Below are positions 46,348 through 62,367 of a DNA stretch of 64,000 nucleotides, in pieces. The notes under the pieces are model-generated. The model saw only the letters and a list, made by a program, of their open reading frames with translations, had not been told where the DNA came from and did no database searches. The DNA comes from Hormiphora californensis (Eukaryota; Animalia; Ctenophora), in assembly GCA_020137815.1 (NCBI GenBank), contig CM035355.1, positions 3,844,001 to 3,908,000 of the forward strand, given 5' to 3'. The translations under genes and the position numbers were made by a program. Position 1 is the first letter of the stretch, and the number at the start of each line of letters is the position of its first letter.

Positions 46348-47737
46348 GGGTACGCTAACCAAAAATTTTTTTCGAGTGCAGGGAAATCTCTCACCGTAGG
46401 GTTGTAGGCCATGCCAAGGAGACCTCAAATATGCAATTTGAGCTCTCAAGTCGAATTCATATTTTTGCTACAGCTGTTTAAAAAATGTCCTGAAAATTCG
46501 TTTTTGGCATCCCAAAAAAATTTTTTTAAAGATAAGAGCATGAAAATTTGGGGATTTGAAAAGGACATGAAGGTGAATAACCACAAAAAAATTTTTTGCA
46601 ATCCGAGCTGATTTCCGGTCCTGAGGTGGATTTCTTTTTTTCCACTTTAACGCCCTATTTGGCAAAGTTCCGAAAACATGTGAAAGCTGTAAATTGGTGA
46701 AAAGTTGCGTCTAACGATTATCTAAGTGGCCATAAATTTTGGGCGTGTCCTTATTTGAGATAAGCTGTACAGAGTTTTATTTGTGAAAGCCGTCATTTCA
46801 GAAATAAATAAATTCCCTGTATCTCAAAAACGGTTGATCGTAGAGACCTGAGACTATGCTTAAACGATTCAGAAGGTCCGATTTTGGGGGGGTCTTCTGA
46901 GAGACATTTTGCTCCTACTTCAACCGTTTTTGCTGTAATTGCGAAAAACAAATTCTATGAAAAGGGCAAAAGCTAAACTCCAATATCCTGTAATTAGGGA
47001 ATTTTAGCTAAGAAAGGACCGAAACTATGGAAAAATGTTTAACAAGCTAATTCCTTCACTATTTGGTCCATATGGGTCCCTATAATCATCAAAAACAAAA
47101 TCACAAAAAATCCACGATGGCGAAGATGGGTTTTTGTTTTTCGCAATTACAGCAAAAACGGTTGAAGTAGGAGCAAAATGTCTCTCAGAAGACCCCCCCA
47201 AAATCGGACCTTCTGAATCGTTTAAGCATAGTCTCAGGTCTCTACGATCAACCGTTTTTGAGATACAGGGAATTTATTTATTTCTGAAATGACGGCTTTC
47301 ACAAAAAAAACTCTGTACAGCTTATCTCAAATAAGGACACGCCCAAAATTTATGGCCACTTAGATAATCGTTAGACGCAACTTTTCACCAATTTACAGCT
47401 TTCACATGTTTTCGGAACTTTGCCAAATAGGGCGTTAAAGTAGAAAAAAAGAAATCCACCTCAGGACCGGAAATCAGCTCGGATTGCAAAAAAAATTTTT
47501 GTGGTTATTCACCTTCATGTCCTTTTCAAATCCCCAAATTTTCATGCTCTTATCTTTAAAAAAATTTTTTTGGGATGCCAAAAACGAACTTTCAGGACAT
47601 TTTTTAAACAGCTGTAGCAAAAATATGAATTCGACTTGAGAGCTCAAATTGCATATTTGAGGTCTCCTTGGCATGGCCTACAACCCTACGGTGAGAGATT
47701 TCCCTGCACTCGAAAAAAATTTTTGGTTAGCGTACCC
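46348..47737. mobile_element. Kolobok-like TTAA foldback element, copy 2
   Basis: TTAA at 46344-46347 and 47738-47741; same termini and spacer as 35795-37185. Confidence 0.9.
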
Positions 47738-47829
47738 TTAATAGGAGCACACCTTAGTATTAATAATATTATGGTGCAGCTGCAGTCTACAGGTAAGGAG
47801 GAGCAAGAAAGACAACTCCTATCAATACC

Positions 47830-48345
47830 CCCAGTGCCCCGATATTGCAAACCCGTGTAATTTTTTGAGCAAATATTTGCAGCCTGACTGATTTTTTGCA
47901 GCCTAAATAAAATAACCTCGACTGATATTGCAGCCCGGGCTGCAGAAAATATAAATATGAAATATAAGCTTCCCCGAATCACATGTGTTTAATATCCCGT
48001 ATTGGTTAACAGTGCTAATAAGGCGTCCCAGAATGGTGTCACATATCCATCCCCCTCATTAGAGTGTGAAATACATATGTATTTCGGTGTCGAGATTCTT
48101 GCAGCCCGGCTGCAGAAAATTTTGAGGAAATTTTCCCATTCTGGGCTGCACGATGATTTTGCCCCGAAAATGGTACTTTTTTCTCTATTAGCCCAACTTC
48201 TACGATGCTGACGTACGTCGCGAGGTCGAGGCTGCGTAGCAGCCGAGACCGAGCAAAAAATTGCAGCCTAGCGAATAGAATCTTGCAGCCTAGCTGAAGG
48301 CTTAGAAAAATATTTTTTTAGATTTCTGAAATTCGGGGCACTGGG
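47830..48345. mobile_element. Non-autonomous TIR element with 8-bp TSD (hAT/P-like size)
   Basis: cccagtgccccga / tcggggcactggg; TSD TCAATACC (47822-47829, 48346-48353); internal tgcagcc repeats. Confidence 0.8.
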
Positions 48346-49332
48346 TCAATACCTATTTTGTATTATGTTTATCATACCGCTACCTTTATCTCACCTCCCC
48401 CCTCCCTCGCGTGATATAACTACAATGCATGCCAACTCTTGCACTTGTCAAGTTTTGATCTCTTGAGAAGAGAGGGAGCTTGACGTGTCAATTGTAAAGA
48501 GAAGCAAGTTAGCAACCCCTCTATACTGACAGAATTCTAGAATGGCAGAATATATAATTGTTTCCTTTTCCTCGTTTCCTCACTTCCTCAAGCTCACCCT
48601 ATAGCTGTCTCTTTTTCAATTAGTTCTTGTTGACAAGTGATATGAGGGTAACGCAAAGCATTGTTTTGGGGAGAGAGAGGGTCAAGCAAGCACCGCATAT
48701 ACATACATACATATATCTATTGACAGTAAAATATATTAAGGTCATCTGTATCATATCTATGGACGGAGCTCTGATACAAAGATAGAAACAACTCCATGAC
48801 CAGCCTTGTATCTGTGGGTGCCATAACTCTCAAGTCAGGGTGCTATATTCAGAATACCATGTATGTAATGTATCCATGATAACAATAATGTTTTTCGTAG
48901 TAGTTTACATCGAAAAATGTTTGAAAATTGGCCCGTTAGAAGTGAATTAACCCATTTAAATTTCGAATAATATTAATTACACAAAGTCCAGAAGACAAAT
49001 ATATTTCATTGAAAATTCTCTGTACATACTCGCATATTAGATATTGACCGTATTCTGGAATGCAAGATACTTCACTCTCTTTTCCCTAATTTTTCAAATT
49101 TACTAGTACATAGTTTGGTTTGTTCTAAAATTGTTTCTAGTTTAGCTCATGGGCTTATCTCTTGGACCACGCTTATATAGGCGTGTAAATATAACAAATT
49201 ATATTTAACAACGATTGGTGCAGCTTCTGCATCACAGTTTATTGGTTGGAATATGACTCGCTGTGATATTAGAATTGGAATCTTGTGGTTGAGGGGGTCT
49301 TCTTGTTGTTGTGGTTGCTATGGTAACTGGAT

Positions 49333-50701
49333 TCAGTTACTGCTGTCATCCGCACATAGGGTAAATTTCATCTTGGTGTAGGCGAGCTTCTTCGGTACTG
49401 GTCGCAGGGGTCCCACCTAAATCAAGAAATGAGATTGTTGTTATAGACATTTTGAGCAAGGGGTCCCACATAAATAAGGATGGAGAGATGTTAAACAGTA
49501 TGATTTCTGATTCGAACTATACTAGGGCATGTGCCATGGTATTTGACGTCTGTGGTTTCCAGAATTTTATGTGAAGCGATTGGTGTATGATTCGTCAAGA
49601 AAGAGGCAACTTCAAAATTTAAGAATACGCACCAGTGGAAGTTCTTCAAAGAGCATTTCACTATAATGCTGTCATAGCTTTTGCCTGACAGCTAATATAC
49701 TGTAATCTTGGAACTACCAATCGCATCTTCCAAGCTATCAAATTTTAATGGATATAATTTGATGGAAACTATTATAAAAGGAATGATCGAACAACTAGCT
49801 GGTACAACCCGCTGTACTTCCATAGTCGAAGTTTCTCTGTGCTGCTATTTTACTAAGAAAGAATTTGTTTTGTCTTGACGGTGCTGAAATTGTTGATGTT
49901 TCCAATGCATTTTTTATAGATACCATCTAGCTTATGTATTTAATGAAGAAGATGCGATATCGAATAAGAATCTGTTTGCCAATGATAAGTTACCTGTGGC
50001 CTTGTAAGGAATGGCTCAATAATATCTGATCTCCGTAGTTGACTGTTCATTAGCGTAATGTACTCGTTTCGTATCTCCCTAGAAAATATACAAATTGTTA
50101 TTAGGGCCCTTTTTTCTGTGAACAATTATCAGTTGGGGAAATATTTCAGTTTTCTGATGTTATTTTTACCTCCAATTTTTCAGTTCTTGTGTTTCGTCAT
50201 TGGCTTTTTTAAGTTTCTTCAACCAATTGTTAAGGATTCCTTTTTCTGAAAGATAATGGAAGTGATAATGGTTTTGATTGATGATGAAAAATCGTCGATT
50301 CGTCGATTTTTACTTCAAAAAGGAGTTATTACCTTTTCCTGGTAGTTTTTCGAGGTATCCCATAACCTCTTCAAACTCTTTCTTAAACTCGGCATCCATC
50401 ACTTCCGACTCCTAGAAAAAGGGGGTTGTTTGGGGAATTATAGGGAGTATAAAAGCCATGCAAATTGGAAGATTCAAATCACAATACCATTCGTGTCATA
50501 AAAACACTCTTTCACCCACAGATCCAAACTTGCAACAATTTTGCTTTGGGTTTACGTTTATGTTTACAACTGCCTAGTAATTACCTTGCCCTCAGTAGCT
50601 GCTGAATTATCGAGTGCTCCCTCTCTTGTCTCTGGTCTTGCCACTGATTTCTTGGTCACCTTTCTCTTACCCGCCCTAGTCGATACTGCAGTTGCGCTCA
50701 T
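49333..50701 (-). CDS. Small DUF4485-domain protein (domain of the CEP112 N-terminus), ~146 aa
   Basis: Phase-consistent exons 50701-50585, 50411-50333, 50245-50170, 50078-49994, 49416-49333. MDAEF...LEKLP...NNWLKKL...RNEYITLMNSQLRRSDIIEPFLTRPQVGPLRPVP fits the DUF4485 pattern. Not present in the ORF track because the exons are short. Confidence 0.75.
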
Positions 50702-51061
50702 TGCTATGAAAGGTATGGGTTTCTATCGGTATTCAATCAGCTATATAATGAAGGGAGAAGAAGCTAGAAAGGAGGGAGAAGAAGACTCAACAAGTCAGCT
50801 GATTGACGTCAATTGGACGTCACGAAACTAAAGAACCATATCAATCCTCATCAAAAATGTGCTAGTTATGGCTTGATACACCAATACCGTACTTTACTTT
50901 CTCGCCCGTAGCGACATTTTTCTATTTCTTCTATTCTTCTATTTTTCTATTCGATGATCTCGTTGTCATGTTTCCCATCATCTCGATTTGATTCTTTCCC
51001 ATGCAATGCACTTATATATCTCTCACCTCATTCCCCTTCACTCTGCTAACCCGCCTTCAAA

Positions 51062-51106
51062 TTAGGGTTAGGGTTAGGGTTAGGGTTAGGGTTAGGGTTA
51101 GGGTTA
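51062..51106 (+). repeat. Interstitial telomeric repeat (TTAGGG)7
   Basis: Perfect ttaggg x7 followed by tta. Confidence 0.95.
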
Positions 51107-51539
51107 CGTTCTGTCATTCATTGCAAGAATTGGAATGAGACAGGGTAGGATAAAGCAACTTGTAATCGTGTCAAAATAAAAATATATTCAAAGGCTCAAC
51201 AAAAGCGGTTTATCCTTAACATGTCTATTATAAAAGTCAGTCCTATTGAGCATCTGGCATAATGCACAAAGGATCGGTCAGCCGACCGTCGGCGAAAATT
51301 TCGACCAAAAGAAGTTAGGTTTTAAACTAGATCGCTAGACTCGCGATCGTTGTGCCAGTGAGTGAAAGGCGGCGAGGAAAAAGTCATGATAAATCGAATT
51401 GCTTGATAACTGGATATTATACAACTCTAACCAACATGTTATTAAGCGTGTTTATTTTCCTTTTCTTAAACTTAAATTTAAGACAAGTTTAAGATAAGCT
51501 CGTGAAAATTTTCAAGCCACGTTACCAAGAAATGGCCAC

Positions 51540-53173
<1,634 letters not shown>

Positions 53174-54134
53174 GCTTTACCACCCAAGATATATCCCACT
53201 GGATACTCAATAAACATGAACAAGTTCATATTTTATCAGTTGTTGCTTATTCCGGGCAGTTAGAGAGCTGCCTGATGGACTAAAGACCAAAACCAGGGAG
53301 CCGTCTCGGATTTGATTAACCGCCCAATCTTCTCAGTGCAAGGCCTGACTAACAGGCTGGTCATCTCCTCTATCATACGATTCATGATTCAACGCAAATG
53401 CACAAGCATCATGTACACAGATGTTATACACTAGTATACACCAACTAGCTCTCAAGATGTCTGTGTGTGTCTCGTACTCAAGTACAGCAGCTTTACTATG
53501 TACCTCTAGCTATATCCCTGTCAAAAGAGTCACGTGCAGCTACAAGGTGGTTGTGAGATGAAGAAGAAGGGGAGCCTTGTGCATCATCAGTCATCAGACA
53601 CACACTACATATGGCACGTGCATCTTTAAACCAATCAGGATGCCCCCACGTGTCATGCAGCTATAGGGGGTGGATGATGTTGGCACGTTGATTTGATAAT
53701 TTTAATCAGAAATCCTCGAGATTTTGAGCATATAAGAGCTACTTGGACTAGATGTACGCGGGGGTTGTGAGCTCTCACTCTTTCTTTCTCTATCTCTCCC
53801 CCCTCACTCACTCAATCTCTCTCTCTCCCCGTCTCGCTCTCTCGATATACGTGAGTGCATGTTGTCTACAGCGAGAGTGTATAGCATTTTATCCCACTTG
53901 AAGTACAAGGGAATTCCCTAGGATTAATTACACAGTGATTTACGGAGTAATAAAATCTTGATAAAACGGTCACAATTCACTCAATAAATCACAATACTTT
54001 GTCATAAAAACACTCATAAAAACACTCTTTCACCCGCAAAAAAGTTAAGAAGTAATGTGGTTTCCTCGTGTAGTTTTATAAGCTTCACTTTCCGCCGTTT
54101 CCGATCTATAGGGAAGTGGATGCTCAACTTAGAA

Positions 54135-57100
54135 TTAAAGGCTTAGCAGTTTGTTGTCAGTATATAACCGGTTATATGTAACGGTTAACCGGTTATAACC
54201 GTACTCTTTAAAATATTTGTCTCTAAAACTTACAATTTTAAGGATCCTACTGATAGGACGACACTCAGATCCGAACTTGAAGCAACCAGCAATATCTGAC
54301 AGCATTTCCTTGGTTACTCTACCATTGTGATGAACTTCTATCAATGGTTCCCCAACTTTAACCTGAAGAGAGTGGGAACTTCTGTCAGCTACAATTTGAG
54401 CGGGGATGTGGTGGACGGAATTGATAGTTGAGGAGGAAGTTCTCATCCTGGATAGATACAATTTACTTCTTCAATGACCTTTTGAAAAAAGCTAGGAATA
54501 AGTTGTGTGGCTCACACCATCGGCACGCTCTGTGAGGGTTCGGTAGATCATTGTTCCTTGATCATTGCTTCAACCCCCTCTACTAAAGATCAGGGAATTA
54601 GCTGAATAACAGTACCTTATCTCCTTTGGTTTTCAGAAGCCTCAGCCCTACTGTATGATCTATTTTATCACTGGGAACTTGTCTTCCACTACCGAAGAGG
54701 ACCGCACAGTTCGCCAGAGTTAGGGAGTCCACAGATTGAATGTAACCGTCATCGTCAGATCGGATCACTTCTATCTCCCGAGATTTTCCCATCACTTCCT
54801 CGTACCTTTAAAAGTTCAAGTTCAATAATCAAAGTTATAGATTTCCTCTACCCTTAAAATGTACCCCTTTGAGGCCCATAGGACATGGTCCATAGGACAT
54901 GTCCCATAAGTTTGATCACCGCATGGCTTGTTCCTTACCTTCCATCACGAAGTTTCTCTGCAGTTTCCTCCGAGACACCCTGGTTCTTTAGAATGTTTAG
55001 GAAGGTCTCAAGAGCCGATCCATCCCTGAATTTAGACCGGATCATGTTCTTGGCTGTCTCCAGATCAGGCGCTAGTCCAGCGTTCACCAGCAAAATTCCA
55101 GCTGAAATTTAGGATATTATATTATAGGTATTATATTATATCGTCGTATCAATATATTATAATGATGCCTCGTACTTCTTTGGCATGTGTCTTGATCCCT
55201 TTCTATCATATATTAATTATTGTGTTAGACTATTTATAGGTCAATCAAAGCTATTTTAGAAACTAAATTCCGTTTAGAGATAACGGGTTATACCTTGAAC
55301 GGCGACAATAAGCTCCAAATCTTCGGGACCATTTCCCTTGACACATTCAAAGGATTCAATCATCTAGAGAGAGAAGGGAATTTCAATTAGAAAGTGACAG
55401 ACGGGTTTCCTCCGCTATAAGAAATTGATTGTTTTAACGGAGGGAAGTTGGGCAATTTTGCATTTGCGGGCATCGCACTATAGACGCAGTACCCACGTAC
55501 TATAGACGCATTATAAACGCATTATAAACGCATTATAGACGCATTATAGACACACGCAATATAGACGCAATTTCGTAAGCAGCACTATAAACGCAATATA
55601 GACGCATTATAACAGCAATATAAACGCATTTTTATAGACGCGACGCAGTATAGCCGCATTATAGGCGCACTACCCACCCCAAAATCACCTTATAGACGCA
55701 CTATAGACGCATTATAGACTGACTATAGCAGCACCATAAACGCTACATAGACCCATATAGACGCATGATAGAAGCATTATAGACGCAAAACGCTTTTTAT
55801 AGACGCCGCGTCTATAAAAAACGTGCTTTTTTAAGAAGCACTATAGACGTACTCCAGGCTACAGTGCGATATTTGAGGCGCAGTTGGGCGTTTTATAAAC
55901 GCATTTTTGTCGCATATAAAAGGAAGCAGTATAGACGCATTATAGACGCAGTATAGCCGCATGTGTGCGAAATGGATAAAGACGCAATATAGACGCAAAA
56001 TAAGAAGGAGAGGGAGAGAGAGGGAGGGAGGGAGGTGAGCGGAGGAGAGGGAAAGGGGGAGGGAGGGATACAGGGACAGAGTGAGAGACAGAGACAGACG
56101 GATAAAGACCTGAGACAGACGGACAGATTAAGATGGAGAGAGAGTAAGATGGAGAGAGAGTGAGATAGGGACGGAGTGACAGAGATGGAAACAAACGGAC
56201 AGGGACAGACGGACGGACGGACAAACACGCGCTTACTATCTCCCCCTCTCTCTATCTTAATCTCTCTCCCTCTGACTCTGTCCGTCTGTCTTAGATCTCT
56301 GTCCATCTTTCTAGTGTCTCTGTCTGATCTGTCTCTGCATCCCTCCCTCTCTCCATCTTTCCCTCTCCTTCCCTCTCCCTCCCTCCCTCTCTCCATCTGT
56401 CTCTGTCTGATCTGTCTCTGTATCCCTCCCTCTCTCCCTCTTTTCCTCTCCTTCCCTCTCCTTCCCTCCCTTTTGCGTCTATATTGCGTCTTTATATCGA
56501 TTTCGCACACATGCGGCTATAATGCGTCTATAATGCGTCTATACTGCTTCTTTTTATATGCAACAAAAATGCGTTTATAGTTCGCCCAACTGCGCCTCAA
56601 ATATGGCAGCGTGCGTCTGAGTACGTCTATAGTGCTTCTTAAAAAAGCACGTTTTTTATAGACGCGGCGTCTATAAAAAGCGATTTGCGTCTATAATGCT
56701 TCTATCATGCGTCTATATGGGTCTATGTAGCGTTTATGGTGCTGCTATAGTCAGTCTATAATGCGTCTATAGTGCGTCTATAAGGTGATTTTGGGGTGGG
56801 TAGTGCGCCTATAATGCGGCTATACTGCGTCGCGTCTATAAAAATGCGTTTATATTGCTGTTATAATGCGTCTATATTGCGTTTATAGTGCTGCTTACGA
56901 AATTGCGTCTATATTGCGTGTGTCTATAATGCGTCTATAATGCGTTTATAATGCGTTTATAATGCGTCTATAGTACGTGGGTACTGCGTCTATACTGCGA
57001 TGCCCGCAAATGCAAAATTGCCGGGAAGTTGGATATATTGAATTGATAAATTATAAATAAGAAGTGATATTGGTAAAGAAATAACTTCCAGTTCTACCTC

Positions 57101-59028
57101 AAGAGAATTCCCAATAGTATATCCAATGGGGGTATCCATTTCGGTGATAACAGCCACCGTCTTAACACCCATGGCCGTCCCTATTTCACGCATGGTGTTG
57201 GCCAGCCATTCTGCCTCCTCAAAGGACGCCAATGTTGATCCTCTACCGCACTGGAGAAATGGTTAATTTTATGAAACTGTTTCTTACTTAACAACCTCTT
57301 AGCTTCTCTGTCTTTCAGACGTGCAGTTGCACTGGGACTGGTGCACGTGCACGAGAACGGGGCTGGCTGGTGGTGCCCCCCCCCCCCCTGGACTGGTGCC
57401 CACTGGACAGTTTTCTCAGGAGAATGAAGTCGAGTCCTACTGTTCTTACCTTTACGTCCAGTACTAAAGAGTCGAGGCCTTCAGCTAGCTTCTTACTCAT
57501 GATACTAGAGCACGAAAGGGGAGCATAACAGACTGTTGATGTAATGTCACGTGTAGCGTAGAGCGTCTGAAAAATTTAGCTTGGGCAGAGCATTTCACCC
57601 TTATTATATTGTCTAGGTTTTTTATAGCATCAGTAATCAGACAATGAGCAAAATTATGACATCAATTGAAATTTGACGCATATTTTTAGTATAATTGGAC
57701 CCACAGCGAAGTTCGAAACTCTCTTCTTTATCGCCTTATATGGTGTTAAAAACTGCTTTTTGAACCGAATTGACACATGTGTACTTTATCCCATTATCAA
57801 TATATCATTATGATTAGGTAGTGTACCTTATGATTAGGTAATGCATCTAACTACCCTGTCTGCTATGTACCTTACTACCCTGTCCTATTATGTACCTTAT
57901 CTGCAGGAGCTATGTCACCGGTTTGTGTGGTTATGTAACAGCCCACCGTCTTCAGTGTCTCCCACATCTTCTCCTCAGCTAACTGGTACTGGAACCCTGT
58001 GATAATAATATCAGATATATGTCACCGGGGTCCACAGGGTCTTTTGTGATGTGTCATGTCAGTGCCTGGCTAATCTGTTCACTACTGGCTACTCTTCTAA
58101 TTCCACTCTTTGAGAACAGCTTGGTCACCCCTTACTCACACAACACCTACCTGGAATTGCCTCGAGTTTATCCATGGTACCCCCGGTGTGACCGAGTCCA
58201 CGGCCGGAAATCATAGGAATTTTCACCGGAAAACATGCCAGAGCCGCCACCAAGGGGAAGGTCACCTAATCGGGCATTGGTTAGTTAAGAACAACAAGGG
58301 AGACCACAATATGAGTTTATTGAGTTTCGACCACCCCGTTAATCATCAAACTCGACCCTAACACGCTCAGAACGGGCTTGGCGCAAGCTAGAAGTCAAAA
58401 GTTGAACCTTACCTTATCTCCCACTCCCTTACCTTATCTCCCACTCCCTTACCTTATCTCCCACTCCCTTACCTTATCTCCCACTCCCTTACCTTATCTC
58501 CCACTCCCCCGGTGCTGTGTTTATCCACGATCGTCCAGCTGGGGTCCCATTTTTGGACCTTACCGCTATTCATCATCGCTCTGGTTAGGGTAGTAGTTTC
58601 CTTGGTGGACAGGCCCCGTAGACAGAACGTCATGAGCATGGCACCAATCTGGAAACATACCTTGTTACGTTCTAACTTGATACTCAACAAGTTCTAACCC
58701 TAATTCTTCACAATATTTGTGCAGGGTGCGGTTAGAGATGTTCGAGCAAGGATCGCCCCTCTTTTTGGTATGATAATTGTGATTGCGTAGGAGCTTGTAA
58801 ATTGTAAATGTCGAGAGAAGAATGTCAAGAGAAGAATGTTGAGAGAAGATCCAATTATTTTATATTGATTGGATTCCACGCGTGACAACTACTGCATACC
58901 TGACTGGGATGAATTGATTGATTGCAGACACTATCAATGAAATATTGAATTTCTGGTTCTGACAGCTCATCTCCGTTCCTCTTTCGACCAAGGATAGTTG
59001 GGATGGATAGCACAGCAGCGGGAGGCAT
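54135..59028 (-). CDS. TYMP: Thymidine phosphorylase
   Basis: Exons 59028-58900, 58648-58493, 58265-58151, 57996-57896, 57566-57450, 57250-57098, 55363-55294, 55101-54939, 54805-54616, 54362-~54135 (3' end may instead splice at 54233). Motifs [57 protein letters not shown]...LDVKCGRG, IGNSLE. Confidence 0.95.
55451..57022. mobile_element. 1.57-kb foldback DNA element, GG..CC termini, 9-bp TSD, tatagacgca minisatellite arms, in a TYMP intron
   Basis: TIR ggcaattttgcatttgcgggcatcgca / tgcgatgcccgcaaatgcaaaattgcc; TSD GGGAAGTTG (55442-55450, 57023-57031). Confidence 0.9.
58408..58507 (-). repeat. Five tandem copies of a 20-bp unit containing the TYMP exon end plus GT donor
   Basis: (ccttaccttatctcccactc)x5, i.e. 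gagtgggagataag|gtaagg on the minus strand. Confidence 0.9.
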
Positions 59029-59200
59029 GGTGAGAATCGGTGCAAGTAAAAACTGCTAAAATGAAATAATGATAAAGATAAACATTGCATTGCCCTCTCG
59101 ACTCCCTCAGTCCTGTAGCACCAGACCGGTATCCGTTTCCTTCAGTCTGTTCTCCAACTATATTGTGTGTGTGGAGGAATGGTGGCAAATATGCAGCTGA

Positions 59201-59324
<124 letters not shown>

Positions 59325-61085
59325 TCAATCCAAGTTCTACTTCATGTTTCACTCCAAATTCAATCCCGGCAAATGATAAAACATTTTGTCGGACTTTATT
59401 CATCGACAATTGATATCTTTGAATAAAATATAAATGCTATCCTCCCACGCTCCGTAATTCTAAAAACTAAATATCGCGTGAAAAGTAGACACTCCCGGAA
59501 ACATATGACATTGGTTACGACAATAATCATAATTTTATGAGTTAGGGTTAGTTCTTAGGGTGATGAATTTACAGGTGGTAGGCGGTAGCAGATAGTAATA
59601 GCACCCCAGCAGATAGTTATAGCACCCCAGAAAAGTTAAGCCAAGAGGCTTGTTGGATTCGGCCAATAGGGCAATGTGCAGAATATAATTATCTAAAGGT
59701 AACAAATGTGTGAAGTAGAGAATGAACTCCATTACAAAAAGAGGTACACAGGTGACCGAGTGCTCATTTGGTGATACACTCTGGTACTGAAACATGAACC
59801 TCTGCAAGGAATCTGAGTTTCACGGTTTTTAAAAGGGGTTTTTAAACAGGTTTTTAAACGGGTTCTTATCTCGAACTTTATACCGTCCTGCAGGGACAGT
59901 ATTACTATCAGGGAAAGGCCTGTTTGATATGAACTTCAGCTAAAGTAAATCAGCTGATTGGATTTTAGGTCCGTATCTCTTTGTGTCTCATATCGAACCT
60001 AAATTTAGCTGGACAATGAATGAGACTTTAGAGTTGTATTGGGCTACAGCTGTAACGATATAAAGGGGGGGGGGGCAATGCCGAAAAAAAGCCAAACCCG
60101 CCCTAAAATCCGTGATTGATTTGGTCTTTGGCCTTGTCCCCCCCCCCCCCCCCCCCCTAGTTATAATATTAATATCCGCTATATTTCTCGCCCATGATAA
60201 TTTTGAGGTTTTGGACGAAAAACTCAGTGTTTTGAGCTCATTTTGGCAAAAACCTCAGCCCCCCCCCCTGTTCCGCCACCCCCGAGGTCACGGCTATTTA
60301 TCACTGACACCTGCAAGATCTCAGGGAATAGTCAAGATCAGAATAGATATCAGGTCTCAGGGGTAAATAGCCTTAACTATAACCTGAATCTGAGGTTCAG
60401 TCACGACTGGTTCCCCGACCGCCCACCATGCCCGGTCACGTCGGTTGAAACGTCGGATTTCATGAGATTGGCTGATAGGAAAATTCTTTCTTAGACCATT
60501 CTTTACCCTCCCGGTTTTCCATTCTATGGAGGGGTTTTGGCTAATTCCAGGACTACCCAGCCCTGTCTCGACCCTGCAGGAGACATGAGACACACCTCCA
60601 ATCATCATCCGTCATCATGCAGAGTTCATGATCTGGGATTGACCTAGCAAATGAAAAAGTTAGAAAAGTCTTGTCCCCGTATCGGTCCTTCAGTGTGGCG
60701 GCGCCGGACCACAATTTGACAGTTATACGCACAGGTCGGTAAATTTTGTGGCGTTATAGTATGTGAAGTCCGGCGTTTATAAAGATCCAATTATTGGAGT
60801 CGGACGGTGTTATTTTAGATGTTTATTTGCTAGCAGCCTAGCTAATATATTATAAGATGTTATAAGATGTTAGACAGTGCACAATGAAGCCATTATACTT
60901 TCTAGCACATGCAACACACACGTCACACACGCTTTGGTATAATATAACAGTACACGCCCAATCCACCAACTGAGTAGACATCCAGGCCATCTAATAGAGT
61001 GACAGTGGTAGTCTAAATATTTTATATTTTCTCTTTGTGTCCTTTATACCAGCTGGCCACCCTGGTAGTAATGAGGTAGAGGCAT

Positions 61086-61444
61086 ATGGTGGGTATTTTA
61101 ACTAAGGTAAGCGGTAAAGGTTGACCCGTCTCCTGAGAATTTTAATTTTATTTGGCCATAACTCAGCTATTTCTTGACCAATTTGCAAAATATTGGCTTG
61201 CTGGAAAGAGGACATTAAGCTCTTTCAGATGAGCCCAAGAAAATCAAAATCGGCGCAAAATGCGCGTTTTCGCCACTACGCCGCGCAATTTGCGCCGATT
61301 TTCATTTTATTGAGCTCACTTTAAAGATCTCAATGTCCTCTTTCCAATGAGCCCAAGGTTTTGCAAATTGGTCAAGAAATGACTGAGTTATGGCCAAAAC
61401 AGTTTTAAATTCTCAGGAGACGGGTCAACCTTTACCGCATTACC
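61086..61444. mobile_element. ~360-bp palindromic MITE
   Basis: gcggtaaaggttgacccgtctcctgagaattt / aaattctcaggagacgggtcaacctttaccgc with mirrored internal blocks. Confidence 0.8.
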
Positions 61445-62148
61445 ATTTTAAAACGTTGTGACTTCACTGAAGTGCCTCTGAAATCTTCAGCAATTACTGA
61501 CAGGCAATATCATGAAGAATGGTACTGGCAAAGTTACTGCAATTATTCCCTATGTGGCTGTCAGAGCATTGACCTGACCCCTGTCAGAACTCAGAGAATT
61601 GGCCTGACCTTTCAAAGAAAGAACCATGTGGTCAGACCATTGGCCTGACAACTATGTGGTAACCATACCATATAACTTTAAACCTTGTCATACCGTATCA
61701 TACTGTATGACCCCGTCTCTCTATGTGTGCACACTTTCCTCTTCTTTGCTGTGATCGTAAAGAGAGATATGAGATCATGTGGTTTCAGTAGTGGGGGAAC
61801 ACTATATGGTGCGATGATATATCTGGTGATGGGAAGGGAGAATAAAATGGAAAACATCTCATGGTGAGATTCTGATCATCATCTAGTAATATCTCCTGAT
61901 CATCTGCTACTAGTAGTAATATCTCCTGATCAATGATCATCTGCTACTAGTAGTAATATCTCCTGATCATGTTACCGGCCTACACCCCAACTATCTGATG
62001 ATCAAGGATAGAATTGCTGTTGAGTAGTAGATCTCAGCTGATAGTGGGTGGGGGGAGATTGATCACATGATATATGTTACTAGATCTGCCGATCGGAAGA
62101 TCATGTGATCGTGCGGTTCCCGAATATATCGGCTGATCTGCAACAGAT

Positions 62149-62367
<219 letters not shown>

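Noticed and set aside
58652-58780. Alternative TYMP first exon (..TKKRGD...VEYQ) needing a 28-nt intron
   Set aside because: A far better exon exists at 59028-58900 ([17 protein letters not shown]...SQ) with a canonical donor.
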